From Mobula hypostoma (taxonomy: Eukaryota), in the NCBI RefSeq assembly GCF_963921235.1, contig NC_086097.1, positions 188,854,001-188,918,000 on the forward strand: 64,000 nt of DNA, in the 5' to 3' direction. Position numbers and translations under genes: made by a program. Position 1 is the first letter of the stretch; every line of letters begins with the position of its first letter. The notes below the pieces were generated by a model. The model saw only the letters and a list, made by a program, of their open reading frames with translations. It ran no database searches and was not told the origin of the DNA. Positions 1 to 11,624 of the stretch are shown piece by piece.

Positions 1-144
1 GAGGTTTTTCATGGAAGATGATGCAGCCATTGTCACAACCCATGGATGTTTCAATGCTTGGGCAGCTGCCATTCTCTCATTAGGGTCTATTGTGATCAGC
101 CGGTCAATAAAGTCCTTGGCGAGGTTTGACACGTTCGGCCATGG
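1..144 (-). CDS. PSKH2: PSKH-family kinase, coding exon 3 (partial, continues beyond the window): PWPNVSNLAKDFIDRLITIDPNERMAAAQALKHPWVVTMAASSSMKNL
   Basis: Acceptor TGTCCTTTGGTTTCAG|CCA, phase 0, in frame with exon 2. The translation matches the PSKH subdomain XI and C-tail (HPWV..MAASSSMKNL). Missed by the ORF track. Confidence 0.94.
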
Positions 145-1658
145 CTGAAACCAAAGGACAATGTAAAGAGAAATTAATATAAATACAATTGTGATGCATG
201 ATATTAATGAATTAATTAAAAGTAAACAAATAAACTCTAACAAATTGCTATTCATGTAACCTTTTATTTTGGATTTTGCAGAGATGTATTAAGGACATAA
301 AACCATAATGACATGAGATTGTGGAGGAGAGGTTGGGTTCAGTATAACTGGAAGTTTGTGGTCAGTGCGGTACAGAAACAGAGAAGATGACCAAAAATAC
401 TGGAGTATAAAGTTGATTAATCTGGCAATCTAGAGATAATCTGGTAAAACCCAGATATCCCAAGAGAGACCAATGATGGTTACTTCCAGGGCAACATGAT
501 CACTGTTCCCCTATAATCCACAGGAACGTAAATGGCACCTCACACATAGAAGAACCTATCTGTATTTCTGAAATGACACCTGAATGTTATCGTGTCTCAA
601 TTCAGAGCAAAAATCAATTTTCAATAATTCAACAGTGACTATGCAAACACTATGCAAACAATTTGCTTGACAATCATACTTTATATAATCTGTAACATTA
701 AAAATAAGCTTGACCCAGAAGCATTTGCATTTTTAAAAGTTATTGTTAGTTTATAAGCCAGAAAATAAAAACTGAAATACAACAGATTTAGGTAAAAAGT
801 AGAACATCTCATTGGAAAAGAATTCAGAGTCATTTTCATCAGCAACAGCTTCATAAACACTTTTTTTAAACATTAGACATTGCGCACAAAGGAAACTTTC
901 CATTTCATTTTAATATAAAGACTTAGTAAACTAATACCCTATTGATGGTGTAAAGTTGCAATAGCAAAACAGCTTTTTGCTGAATCAGCATATGAAGTAC
1001 CATCATGATTATTCAAGACAGACAAAAACAAAGAAAATTTGTGTAAGTGTTTTCAGCTTCTGTAGCAGAACTCCAATTCCTCATTCCTCATTTATGTTTC
1101 TCCATATGGGTAGGAGATTTGAACAGGAGAAACATGCTGGAGAAACAAAAGACCTGAGATCTCTATGCTTGGGAGATCTCATTGTCAAAATTTTCTGTTG
1201 AGGTTCATACATTATGATTACTCTGCAAATGATAATTGGAGTTACTTTCATTCTTCCCATTATTTTGTTGTGTGACGCTTATATTAAATAGGCAACATGG
1301 AAAAGCAAAAGGAAGATATGAAGATCTTCTTTGGATTATATATTAAGACATCAAAGGTTGTAAATGTTTAATATTGCCAATAAAGTCCTAACCCAACAAT
1401 GTACAAAGAAATGCCTGTGAGGAAATAACAGTCCAAAAAAATACAGCAAGCCAAATGGTCATATGTACAGATTGCTTAAACAGATAATTCAATTAACAGC
1501 CAGTAACACATTCAGTAAGAACAGTAAAATGTGATGTTAAAAGGAAAACAGATACAAGGCAAAAAAAGTTCCCTTTTGTAGACAATCTATTTTTGATTGC
1601 AGGAGAATATAGTGCTGAATTACAGGCATGTTTATAGAAAAAGTGATAAGAAAAAAAA

Positions 1659-1758
1659 AATCCTGATGAAGGGTCTTGGCCCAAGACGTCGATTGTTCAT
1701 TCATTTTTATTGATGGTGCCTGACCTGCTGAGTTCCTCCAGCATGTTATGTGTGTTGC
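1659..1758 (+). mobile_element. Penelope-like element 3' terminal fragment with a degenerate hammerhead motif
   Basis: AATC-CTGATGA-AGGGTCTTGGCCC-AAGA-CGTC-GATT followed by gcctgacctgctgagttcctccagca; homologous to the reverse complement of 3245-3347. Confidence 0.8.
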
Positions 1759-3309
1759 ATGACAAAAAAAAGCTTGTCCTTGTAATTCTTCGTCCCCTGA
1801 ACAGGTGTGTTAAACCGGTACAGTGCGGTGAGCCCTCAACAACTTATTTGTAGCCCCCTGACAGCAATTTTCTGTTGGATATCATGTACAATAAAACAGT
1901 TATTGCCATTGTAAATTAACTGAATCTAAACAATGAACCTCTAAATACACTCAAGATATCTGTACTGGAGCTCTTCAGGGTAGTATCTTGGGCTCAACCA
2001 TCTTCAGCTGTTTCCTTCCATCATCTGGTGAGTGAAGCTGGTGGCAATCTATTCAACCTACGTTACCTCCATTCCTGAACCAAGGTCACTGGTGGGGTTG
2101 GTAAACGCATATAACGTTTGGAGAGTAAGTTCCAAGTTACGGTAGGTTTGTTCACTGAAGCATCTAAGATAATGGATCTTACAATCCACTTCTACAAAAC
2201 AAAACTCCTGTAACAATCTGTTCCTGCTGGACCATATTTCAGAGAGTAACGGTCCACACTGAGACCATGAATAATGTAGACCACTGTTTATAGCAGAAGC
2301 CATCTCTTATTTAATACAAAAATTATCTCTTGCCTTCAGCAGCATTTGGCTCTTTGGAGAAAATCTGCAAGAAGATTTAGACCAGTCCTAGCACTATCCC
2401 TGGCAGAAGTGATTCCTGCCACACTTATGTGTTTCTGAAATTTGCACAACCCCCAGCAGTCACCTCAAAGCACTGGAGAGATACCACCAAAGATGAAGGA
2501 AGATAAAGCTACTATTTTGGATTACTTCCATTGTATCCTGCATAATGGACTACCTGACTGGCAGACCACAGTCTGTATGGCTTCAGACCTGTGTGTCAGA
2601 CATGGTTATAAGCAGCACTGAGGCCCCACAGGGGACTGTATTGGCTCCTTTCCTGTTTATCCTGTATACCTTGGATACAACACTGAGTCATGTCATCTGC
2701 AGAAATTCTCTAATGACTCAGCAATAGTTGGGTGTATAAAGGGAGAGCGGGAGGATAAATACAGGGCCCTGGTGGAGGACTTTGTCAAATGGTGCAAGTT
2801 GAATCATCTGCAGCTCAACATCATAAAGACAAATGAGTTGGTGATGGACTTTAGGGAGACTAAGCCTGCACAGCTCCCTGTTATTATTGATGGCGAGGAC
2901 CTACAAGTACCTGTGGGTGCATCTTGATGACAGACTTGAGTGGAGCACCAAAACAGAAGCTGTGTACAAGAAGGGCCTGAGTTGCCTCTACTTTCTGAAG
3001 GGACTGAAGTCCTTTGGAGTATGCAGGCCTCTCCTTCACATGTTCTGCCAGTCTGTTGTCACCAACACAATCTTCTATGTGGTGGTGTTCTGGGGCAATG
3101 GCATTAACATGGATCATGCCAACAGGCTCAGTAAACAGATTAGAAAGGCTGGCTTTGTTATAGGAGTCGAACTGGACACTCTGGATGCAGTGGTAGAACA
3201 AAGAATCCTATGGAAAACAAGAGAAAATCTGCAGGTGCTGGAAATCCGAGCAACAGACACAATGCTGGAGGAACTCAGTAGGCCCGGGAGCATATAAGGA
3301 AAAAAAGTA

Positions 3310-3347
3310 CAGTCAACGTTTCGGGCCGAGACCCCTCGGCAGGAATG
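3310..3347 (-). ncRNA. Degenerate minimal type I hammerhead ribozyme motif in the PLE 3' end
   Basis: CAUUC-CUGCCGA-GGGGUCUCGGCCC-GAAA-CGUU-GACUG; core A6 changed to C, GUU triplet. Confidence 0.65.
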
Positions 3348-5469
3348 GAGAAAAAAAGCTAAGGCGGGGGGGGGGGTTGTGGAGAGGATAGAGAGAAACA
3401 CAAGGTGATAGGAGAAACCTGAAATGGATGGGATGAAGTAAAGAGCTGGGAAGTTGATTGGTGAAAGAGATATAGAGCTGGAGAAGGGGGAGTGTGATAG
3501 AAGAGGACAGAAGCCCATGGAAGAAAGAGGGGGGGCACACCAGAGGGAGGAGATGGGCAGGCAAGGAGATAAGGTGAGGGAGGGAAAAGGGGATGAGGAA
3601 TGTTAAAGGGGGGGTATTACCAGAAATTTGAGAAATTGATGTTTATGCCATCAGGTTGGAGGCTACCTAGACGGAATATAAGGTGTTGTTCCTCCAACTT
3701 AAGTGTGGCCTCATCACGACAGTGGAGGTCGTCATGTATGGACATATTGGAATGGGAATGGGAAGTGGAATTAAAATGGGTGGCCACTGGGAGATCCTGC
3801 TTTCTCTGGCAGATGGAGCGTAGGTGCTCAGTGAAGTGATCTGCCAATCTATGTCGGGTCTCACTGACATACAGGAGGCCACACTGGGAGCACCGGACAT
3901 AGTAGATGACCCCAACAGACTCGCAGGTGAAGTGTCCCCTCTCCTGAAAGGACTGTTTGGAGCCCTGAATGGTAGCGAAGGAGGAGATGCAGGGGAAGGT
4001 GTAGCATATGTTCCACTTGCAAGGATAAATGCTGGAGGGAGATCAGTGGTGAGTGATGAAAGGACAAGGGGTTCGCATAGGGAGCAATCCTTGTGGAAAG
4101 CAGAAAGTGGGAAGGAGGGAATGATGTGCTTTGTAGTGGGATCTCATTGGAGATGGCGGAAGTTGCAGGGAATTGCGTGGTGGGTGCAGAGGCTGCTGGG
4201 GTGGTAGTTGAGGTCAAGAGGAATCCTATCCTTGGTACGGTGGTGGGAGAATGGGGTGACAGCAGATGTGTGTGAAATGAAAGAGATGCAGCGTTGATGG
4301 TGGAGGAAGAGAAGCCCCTTTCTTTAGAAAAGGAGGACATCTCCTTCAATCTGGAATGAAAAGCCTCATCCTGAGAGCAGATGCAGTGCAGACAGAGGAA
4401 TTGAGAGAAGGGGATGGCGTTTTCACAGGTGGCAAGGTGGGAGGAGGTATAGTCCAGGTAGCTGTGAGAATCTGTGGGTTTGTAATAGACATCACTAGAT
4501 AAGCTGTCTCCAGAGATAGAGACAGAGAGATCAAGAAAGGGTAGAGAGGTGTCGGAAATGGGCAAGGCAAATTTGAGAGCAGGGTGGAAGTTGGAGGCAA
4601 AGTAGATGTAGTTGATGAGTTCAGCACGGGTGCAGGAAGCAGCACCAATGCAGCCATCAATGTAGCATAGGAAAAGTGTGGGACGGTCACCAGTGTAGGC
4701 TTGGAACATAGACTGATACAGATCGCCAACGAACAGGCAGGGACAGCTGGGGCCCCATGCGAGTGCCCATGGCTACACCTTTTGTTTGAAGAAAGTGGGA
4801 GGAGCCAAAGGAGAAATTATTTAGAGTGAGAAGTTCTGCTCGGTGGTGAGAGCGGTGGTGGAGGGGAACAGGTTGGGTCTGGTGTCCGGAAAGAAATGGA
4901 GAGCTTTGAGGCCTTCCTGGTGGGGTTGGAGGTCTATAGTGACTGGATGTCCATAGTAAAAATAAGATGATGGCGACCAGGGAACCTGAAGTCATTGAAA
5001 AAATCCAGATGTAGGTAGGAAGGGAGTGAACCGGGGGGATAAAACAGAGTTGAGATATGCAGATATGAGTTCAGTGTGGGGCAGGAACAAAAAGAAACAA
5101 TGGGTCTACCTGGACAAGCGGGTTTGTGGATTTTGGGTAGGAGGTAGAAATGGGAGTTTCAGGGTGCGGGAACAATGAGGTTGGTGACGGTGGATGGGAG
5201 AACACTAGAGTGAAAAAGGTTGGTGATGGTGTGGGGGACAATGGCCTGGTGCTCCTTAGTGGGGTCTTGTTACAAGGGTAAGTAAGAAGAGGAGTCTGAG
5301 AGTTGGCACTGGGCCTTAGCAAGGTAGAGGTCAGTACGCCAGAGTACTACATCACCTCCCTTATCTGTGGGTTCGATGGTGAGGTTAGGATTAGTGCAGA
5401 GAGAGTGGAGAGCAGGGTATTTGGAAGGAGTCTGGTTGGAATAGGAGAGTGGAGTGTTGAAGTCTAGTC

Positions 5470-6672
5470 CAGGGGTCCCCAACCTTTCTCACACTGCGGA
5501 CCAGTTTCATGTTGACAATATTCTTGCGGACCGGCCGACATAGGGGGGGATTGGTGGCCAACGGACAAGAGTAGCAGTCAAATACGTTGTGTTTACCCAG
5601 AGAAAGACTACAATGACCGTGAAGCCTTGCACGGGCACAAGCGCGCATGTGTGACTTGTGCATGGTGTGCACCTGCCAATTATTTTTCTACAGATCGTTT
5701 TTGGCGATTCTGTTCGGCGGGGGGGGGGGTGTTAATCACGACCGGAATATCGGTGATCAGTGGCTAATACACTCAATTTTGTTTCTAAAAGGGTTTATCT
5801 AACGAATTTAATATTAAACACACAGCACATATTTTCCTCGCATGAATATAGCGATAAGTCAATTATCAGGAGAGTTTGAAGTAAGTGTTGAACGAACTTC
5901 CAGTAGAAGTGTCAGAAACAGGTTTGATATTATCATTTAAAGTTAAATTGGATAGGTATATAGACAGGAAAGGAATGGAGGGTTATGTGTTGAGTGCGGG
6001 TCGGTGGGATTAGGTGAGAGTAGCATTCAGCACGGACTAGAAGGGCAGAGATGGCCTGTTTCCGTGCTGCAATTGTTATATGGTTATATAAGTCAATAGC
6101 ATCATAACATTTTACGTAACATTTGGATATTAAACACACACAGCATATTTTCTCCGTATGAACATATAAAATCATTGCAACGCACCAATATCGCTGAATC
6201 AGTGGGAGCCCTGGGCTTGTTTTCCTGCAATAAGACGGTCCTATCGAGGGGTGATGGGAGACAACGATACTCGAAGGGGGTTCCTTATGTCCAGTATAAT
6301 CTGCAATTTAGTTTTTGTTACATTCATTGCAGAGATATGTTGGAAATGGAAGCAACGTTTTCGATGCTTTCGTGGCTATCTCAGGATATTGAGCCTTGTC
6401 TTTGATCCAGAATGCCAGCAGAGATGTTATGTCAAACATACTTTTCAGCCCGCCGTCATTTGTAAGCTCGAGGAGTTGATCTCCTTCCCGCGCTGACATG
6501 GATGATGCGCAGGTAATGACCTTGCGTGCGTAATGGCTCAACAGTGGGCTTGACAGGGAATGAGGAAAATGCAGCTGACTCATATCACCAAATCATATCG
6601 TTTCCTCCCGGCCCGGTAGCGCATGCTCTGCGGCCCGGTACCGGTCCGCGGCCCGGTGGTTGGGGACCGCTG
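5470..6672. mobile_element. Non-autonomous hAT (Charlie/Buster group; Charlie3/MER1-like) with a transposase C-terminal remnant on the minus strand
   Basis: 15-bp TIRs CAGGGGTCCCCAACC / GGTTGGGGACCGCTG (1 mismatch). 8-bp TSD GTCTAGTC (5462-5469, 6673-6680). Remnant LLAFWIKDKAQYPEIATKASKTLLPFPTYLC corresponds to the hAT dimerisation region. Confidence 0.93.
5932..6089 (+). mobile_element. CR1 LINE 3'-end fragment embedded in the hAT element
   Basis: catttaaag..ttggataggtatatagacagg...gaagggcagagatggcctgtttccgtgctg resembles the CR1 3' ends elsewhere in the window (e.g. 60930-61050). Confidence 0.7.
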
Positions 6673-9129
6673 GTCTAGTCGATTGATGCTTCTTCGGCAG
6701 TTGGAAATGAAAAGGTCCAGGGCAGGCAGAAGACCAGTGCGGGGTGTCCAGGAAGAGGAGGAGGGTGAAGATGAGAGAAGGGGTCATAGTTGCAGGACGG
6801 GGAGTCCTTGCTAAAGAAACAGGCTTGGAGACTGAAGCGGCAGAAGAGCTCAGCATCACGACGGGCGCGGAACTCACTGAGTGTGGGCGCAGGGGGACAA
6901 AGGTGAGGCCCTTACTGAGAACGGAATGTTTTGCCTCATAGAAGGACCTTGCATGGATGACAGCTGGGATTGGAGGGGGAAGGGGTTTGGTAGTGTCTGA
7001 GGGGATGGAAGGCTTGTGGTGTTCAGGAATGGAAGGGGGAGAGGAAGAAGGAGTCTCTGAGGACCCATGAGTTGGTGGTGGGACCTGAGAGAGATGGGAT
7101 TGTGGAGTGGTGGTGGGGTAGATGGGGGTGTTCCAGTGGCAGCGTGTGAAGACCCGGGCTGGAGGTCAAGGCTGGAGTTGGAGGTTGCGCAATTGGCACT
7201 TTGGAGGTGGCTGAAGTTGTTGGAATCCACATTGATGGCGGTGGACTCCAGGTTTTAGAATCTGCTCTGGATCATTAGAGCCATTGAGGTCAGCAGCAGT
7301 GATCGTGGTTTGGTGACGCCCAGGCCTGCAGGTTCTGTAGTCTGTAGACGGGTGATCTTCCAATCCTTGCAGGACATGAGAAAGTCAAAGAATTGGCTAT
7401 TGAAAGTGTGTATCTGGTGGAGGATAAAGTAGCATACAGGTCTATAACAGGCGGCAGAGAGAGAATCCTGGAGCTGTGGAATTGAGTGGGATAGGGACAC
7501 CAAGTACCTCCTCATGGTGGAAGGTGTGGTGCATAGAACGTGGTGGGAGAAGCAGCAGAGAAACAGTCAATTGAGTGTGAGCACTGGGGGTCCTCAGAGG
7601 GTCCAAGTCGAGCAGCTTGAAAATGAATCTGGAAACATTGTGGTACAAGCTGGCGGTGAAGACTTGTTCCCAGAAAGGATACATGGCTGTGGTAGTGAGA
7701 CTGGGTAAGCACGTGGTCAAAGATTTGGAGGGCCGCAGAGATTACAGAAGGGGAGCAGTGAGAGAGGGTTTCACTAAACTCCCGTTGAAGGGAAGATTTA
7801 AACTTCTTCAGGGTAGGCATCTCCCTATGGAAAATCCTGGCAATTCTGGACAATGTTTCTCACCCAATGCATGCCACCTTGGCTGAACAGAGCAGCACTT
7901 TTAGTAATAGACTAAGACAACTGCGCTGCTCCAAAGAGCTTTATATGAGGTCATTCTTACCCTCAGCCTTCAGGCTCTATAATGAGTCAACCTATAGCTG
8001 GGGAAGTGATGGCCCCCTCCTGTTAGACTATTTGAGGTAACTTTTTTTATTCTTTCTTACTTCTCTTCTAATATTTGTATATCTGTTCACTGGTAATTGT
8101 ATTGTGACACTAATTTCCTTTGGGATTAATGAAGTATCTATCTATCCATCCATCCATCAAGCCAGGAAGCAGAATTGAGAGAAGAGATCTCTTTCTTGGT
8201 AAGGAAATGAGGTTACATGTTGTTGTTAATAGGTATAATCAACTGTTTCATAAGGGTTTGGCAGGAACATCTGTCTGCTTTTATCATTTGTAGTTAGGAT
8301 GAAGCAAAGTAATTAAAAGCATCAGTTATATTTACATTATCAACAAAAATGGGAGATGTCTCAGTATTATCTAAGTGATTCTGAACAATAAGACTAAAGT
8401 AGCTGAAAACTTTATTTCATTTAGACCAACAAAAGTTCACATTAAACTCAAAATCAACCAGGCCTTAACAGAGTGAACATAGCTTTCTCCATTGCTTTTA
8501 TTTGCGTGAAGTCTCAGTGCATGTGCTGGTGGTATACCTACAATTAACATTCATATACCTGACTGAGTATTGGTTTGCTGATCTTTGTAATGAGCTGTCG
8601 TTCTTCTTTCTCCTTTAAAACTCCTCCCTTCACCTGCTTCTCCTCCCTTCTAGTTGTCAGAACTTCAATGTTATCACTCTCCATTCCTCAACATTTCCCT
8701 ATAAAGTCCTGCCTACACACACACATAAATACACCAAGTATTCAGTATCTACCACCGAGCATGTGAGAAACATCTATGCAGATGCATGTTTCAATATGTC
8801 TGTTTTCTCCAAACATAAAAATGCTCAGAAAGTTGTAAATTCACACCTTGCTGCCTGATTTCACTGATAGGATAAGAAGAACTATTGCCACTTTGTTAAA
8901 GAAGTATCATTAACACTTGATTCATTTCTTGTAAACAGGTATGAATGTACTTGGCAGAAAAATGCTGGGCGCATTTCTGCCAATAGCATAAATAGGACTC
9001 CTCCACTCAAGCCATAATGCTGCTCCTCAAATGTCAGAATTAAGCTGGTTATGTTTGTTTGAAGTGCAATGTGGCAGAATTAATATGGAATTCCAACACT
9101 TATGATTAGTTATAAAATAGACTGTATTC

Positions 9130-9605
9130 ATAGAGTGATGCAGCATGGAAGCAAGTTCACTAACCCTCAGGAATCTATTTACATAATCCAACACTAATCC
9201 CATTTTATTCTTCCAACACTAATCCCATTTTATTCTTCCAACATTCTCAACAATCTCCCACAGAATCTACCACTCACTATACCAGTGGTCCCCAACTTCT
9301 GGGCCGCAAAGCATGCAGGGGTGCAGCAGTAGCCAGAACGCACCCAGCATATCTTTAAGAAAAGAGCCTGGCACCTAATTAATTAGCTTGTTTATTTCAG
9401 CTTTTTTCAGCTACCGCTGCACCCCTGCATACTTCGCGGCCTGAAGGTTGGGGACCACTGCCCTCTACCATTACAGCCAATTAACCTAGCAACCGCCACA
9501 TCTTTGCGATATGGCAGGAAACCAGAGCTCACGGAGGAAACTCAGGCCGTCACGTGGCAAATGTACACACTCAGTACCTGAGGTCAGGATTAAACGTGGG
9601 CTAGG
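9130..9605 (-). mobile_element. Old V-SINE/HE1-type SINE, interrupted by a MITE
   Basis: tctttgcgatatggcaggaaaccagagctcacggaggaaactcaggc matches the V-domain also seen at 63555-63620. Confidence 0.6.
9283..9460. mobile_element. hAT MITE (178 bp fold-back)
   Basis: Perfect 14-bp TIRs CAGTGGTCCCCAAC / GTTGGGGACCACTG, with arms continuing imperfectly for about 50 bp. Degenerate 8-bp TSD CACTATAC/CCCTCTAC. Same TIR type as 5470-6672. Confidence 0.85.
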
Positions 9606-10479
9606 TGCTCATGTCTTTAGGGTGATACTCAAACCTACAATGATTAACACGAATGCAAGAGTGAGACAATTATGTCCATTTCTTAACTTAGTGATCCGTA
9701 CTTATGCTCAGGACGTGATAGAAACGTAGAAACATAGAAAACCTGCAGCACAATACAGGTCCTCCGGCCCACAAAGCTGTGCTAAACATATCCTTACCTG
9801 AGAAGTTAGCTAGGGTTAACCATAGCCTTCTATTTTTCTGAGCTCCGTATACCTGTCCAGGAGTCTCTTAAAAGATCCTATCATATCCGCCTCCACCACC
9901 GTCGCCGGCAGCCCATTCCATGCACTCACCACTCTCTGTGTAAAAAACTTACCCCTGATATCTCCTCTGTACCTACCTCCAAGCACCTTAAAACTGTGCC
10001 CTCTCGTGCTAGCCATTTCAGCCCTGGGAAAAAGCCTCTGACTATCCACACGATCAATGCCTCTCATCATCTTATACACCTCTATCAGGTCACCTCTCAT
10101 CCTCTGTCACTCCAAGGAAAAAAGGCCAACTTCACTCACAAGGCATGTTCCTCAATCCAGGCAGCATCCTTGTAAATCTCCTCTGCACCCTTTCTATGGT
10201 TTCCACATCTTTCCTATAGTGAGGTGACCAGAACAGAGCACAGTACTCCAAGTGGGGTCTAACCAGGGTCCTATATAGCTGCAACATTACCTCTCGGCTC
10301 CTAAGCTCAATCCCATGATTGATGAAGGCCAATGCACCATATGCTTTCTTAACCACAGAGTCAACCTGCATAGCAGCCTTGAGTATCCTATGGACTCGGA
10401 CCCCAAGATCCCTCTGATCCTCCACACTGCCAAGAGTCTTACCATTAACACTATATTCTGTCATCATATTTGACCTACC

Positions 10480-11183
10480 TGTCACGGTCCGGTCCGTTGA
10501 CTCCTCATTTCAATTAATTTCCACTGGGCTCCTTGATTAGGGCACCTGATCCTCATTCGAACTGACAGCATAAAACTCCGGGTTACGATTACTCGCTGCT
10601 GGTTCGTCACCGTAGCTGGTGCGGTAATGCATGTTCCGAGCCGCCAAGAATAAGAGACCGTCTTCCAAGCCACCAAGGATAAGGGACTGTCTTCGGAGCC
10701 ACCAAGAATAAAGGACCGTCTTCCGAGCTGCCAAGAATAAGGGGCCATCTTCATGAGCTTCTCCGTGTCAAGATATGTATTATCTGTTGTTATTTGGTTT
10801 AGTCGTCTCGTTTCCAGCTGAGTAGGTCCAGCCATTTGCCGCTACTTCAAGTTGGGAGTTCTGTCTCCTCGTGTCCAACTAAGTGATTGCCAGATGTTTG
10901 CCGCTTCATGAGCTACTCCATGTCAAGATACATATTGTCTGTGGTTTGGTTTAGTCATCTCATTTCCAGCTGAGTTGGTCCGGCCATTTGCCGCCACTCA
11001 AAGTTGGGTATTCGGTCTCTTCATGTCCCAGTCCAAGTCCAGGCTCTGTGTTCCGGTCAAGTCCAAGTCCTGGCTCTGAGTCCAAGTCCGTCTCTGTGTC
11101 CAAGTCGTCCAATTCCATCTCTGTGTCAAGTCTCCATTCCTGTGTCCTGCACTTGGGTCCGCTCCCTACGCCCCATTGCAACA
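10480..11183. mobile_element. Solo LTR (704 bp) inserted in the CR1
   Basis: TG...CA ends (TGTCAC...GCAACA). 5-bp TSD CTACC (10475-10479, 11184-11188). CR1 sequence resumes seamlessly. No coding capacity. Confidence 0.85.
10638..10752. repeat. Four tandem 29-bp units inside the solo LTR, followed by two dispersed copies of a ~105-bp block
   Basis: GAGCCRCCAAGAATAAGRGACCGTCTTCC-like units start at 10638, 10667, 10696 and 10725. The block TTCATGAGCT...AAGTTGGG occurs at about 10750 and 10905. Confidence 0.9.
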
Positions 11184-11624
11184 CTACCAAAATGAACCAC
11201 CTCACCCTTTGATGTATGTCACCTCACATTTATCTGGGTTGAACTCCATCTGCCACTTCCGAGCCTATTTTTGCATCCTAACAATGTCCTGCTGTGACCT
11301 CTGACAGCCCTCCAGCCTATCCACAACACCTCCAACCTTTGTGTCATCAGCAAATTTACTAACCCGTCCCTCCACTTCTTCATCCAGGTCATTTATAAAA
11401 ATCATGAAGAGTAGGGTTCCCAGAACCAATCCCTGAGGCACACCACTGGTGACTGATCTCCATGCAGAATATGACCCATCTACAACCACTCTTTGCCTTC
11501 TGTGGGCAAGCCATTTCTGGATCCACAAAGCAATGTCCCCTTAGATCTCGTGCCTCCTTATTTTCTCAATAAGCCTTGAATGGGGTACCTTGTCAAATGC
11601 CTTGCTGAAATCCCTATAAAGTGA

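Larger units (their letters stand above)
3218..7823 (-). mobile_element. Near full-length, degenerate Penelope-like retroelement (RT plus GIY-YIG endonuclease), interrupted by a hAT
   Basis: 11-bp TSD CCTATGGAAAA (3207-3217, 7824-7834). Minus-strand remnants MPTLKKF..., TDKGGDVVLW, GVAMGTRMGP, YIDGCIG (YIDD-like), FLDLSV, YYKPTDSHSYLDYTSSH, VATHFNS and EEQHLIFRLGSLQPDGIN. Many frameshifts and stops. Confidence 0.92.
2524..8158 (+). mobile_element. Rex1/Babar-like LINE remnant (2524-3217 plus 7835-8158) split by a PLE insertion
   Basis: RT remnants DYLTGRPQ, APQGTVLAPFLF and YKYL..HLDDRLEWS. The frame EQRILWK|ILAILDNVSHP is restored on removing the insert. (TATC/CATC)n tail at about 8135-8158. 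Homologous to the 19985-21083 copy. Confidence 0.88.
9718..11615 (-). mobile_element. CR1 LINE 3' portion, split by a solo LTR
   Basis: SGVPQGLVLG, SKFADDTK, LVRPHLEYC and MRGDLIEVYKMMRGIDRVD motifs; (CATAGAAA)-type tail at about 9718-9740. Confidence 0.92.

Noticed and set aside
3824..7886. Plus-strand ORFs overlapping the PLE, and the many other 60-130 aa track ORFs
   Set aside because: Antisense shadows or fragments of transposon coding sequence, or chance ORFs with non-ATG starts.
9188..9243. Tandem duplication of CCAACACTAATCCCATTTTATTCTT
   Set aside because: Simple local slippage within an old SINE; no sign of function.
10638..10752. CRISPR-like array of 29-bp repeats
   Set aside because: The units are contiguous with no unique spacers, lie inside a solo LTR in vertebrate DNA, and no cas genes are present.
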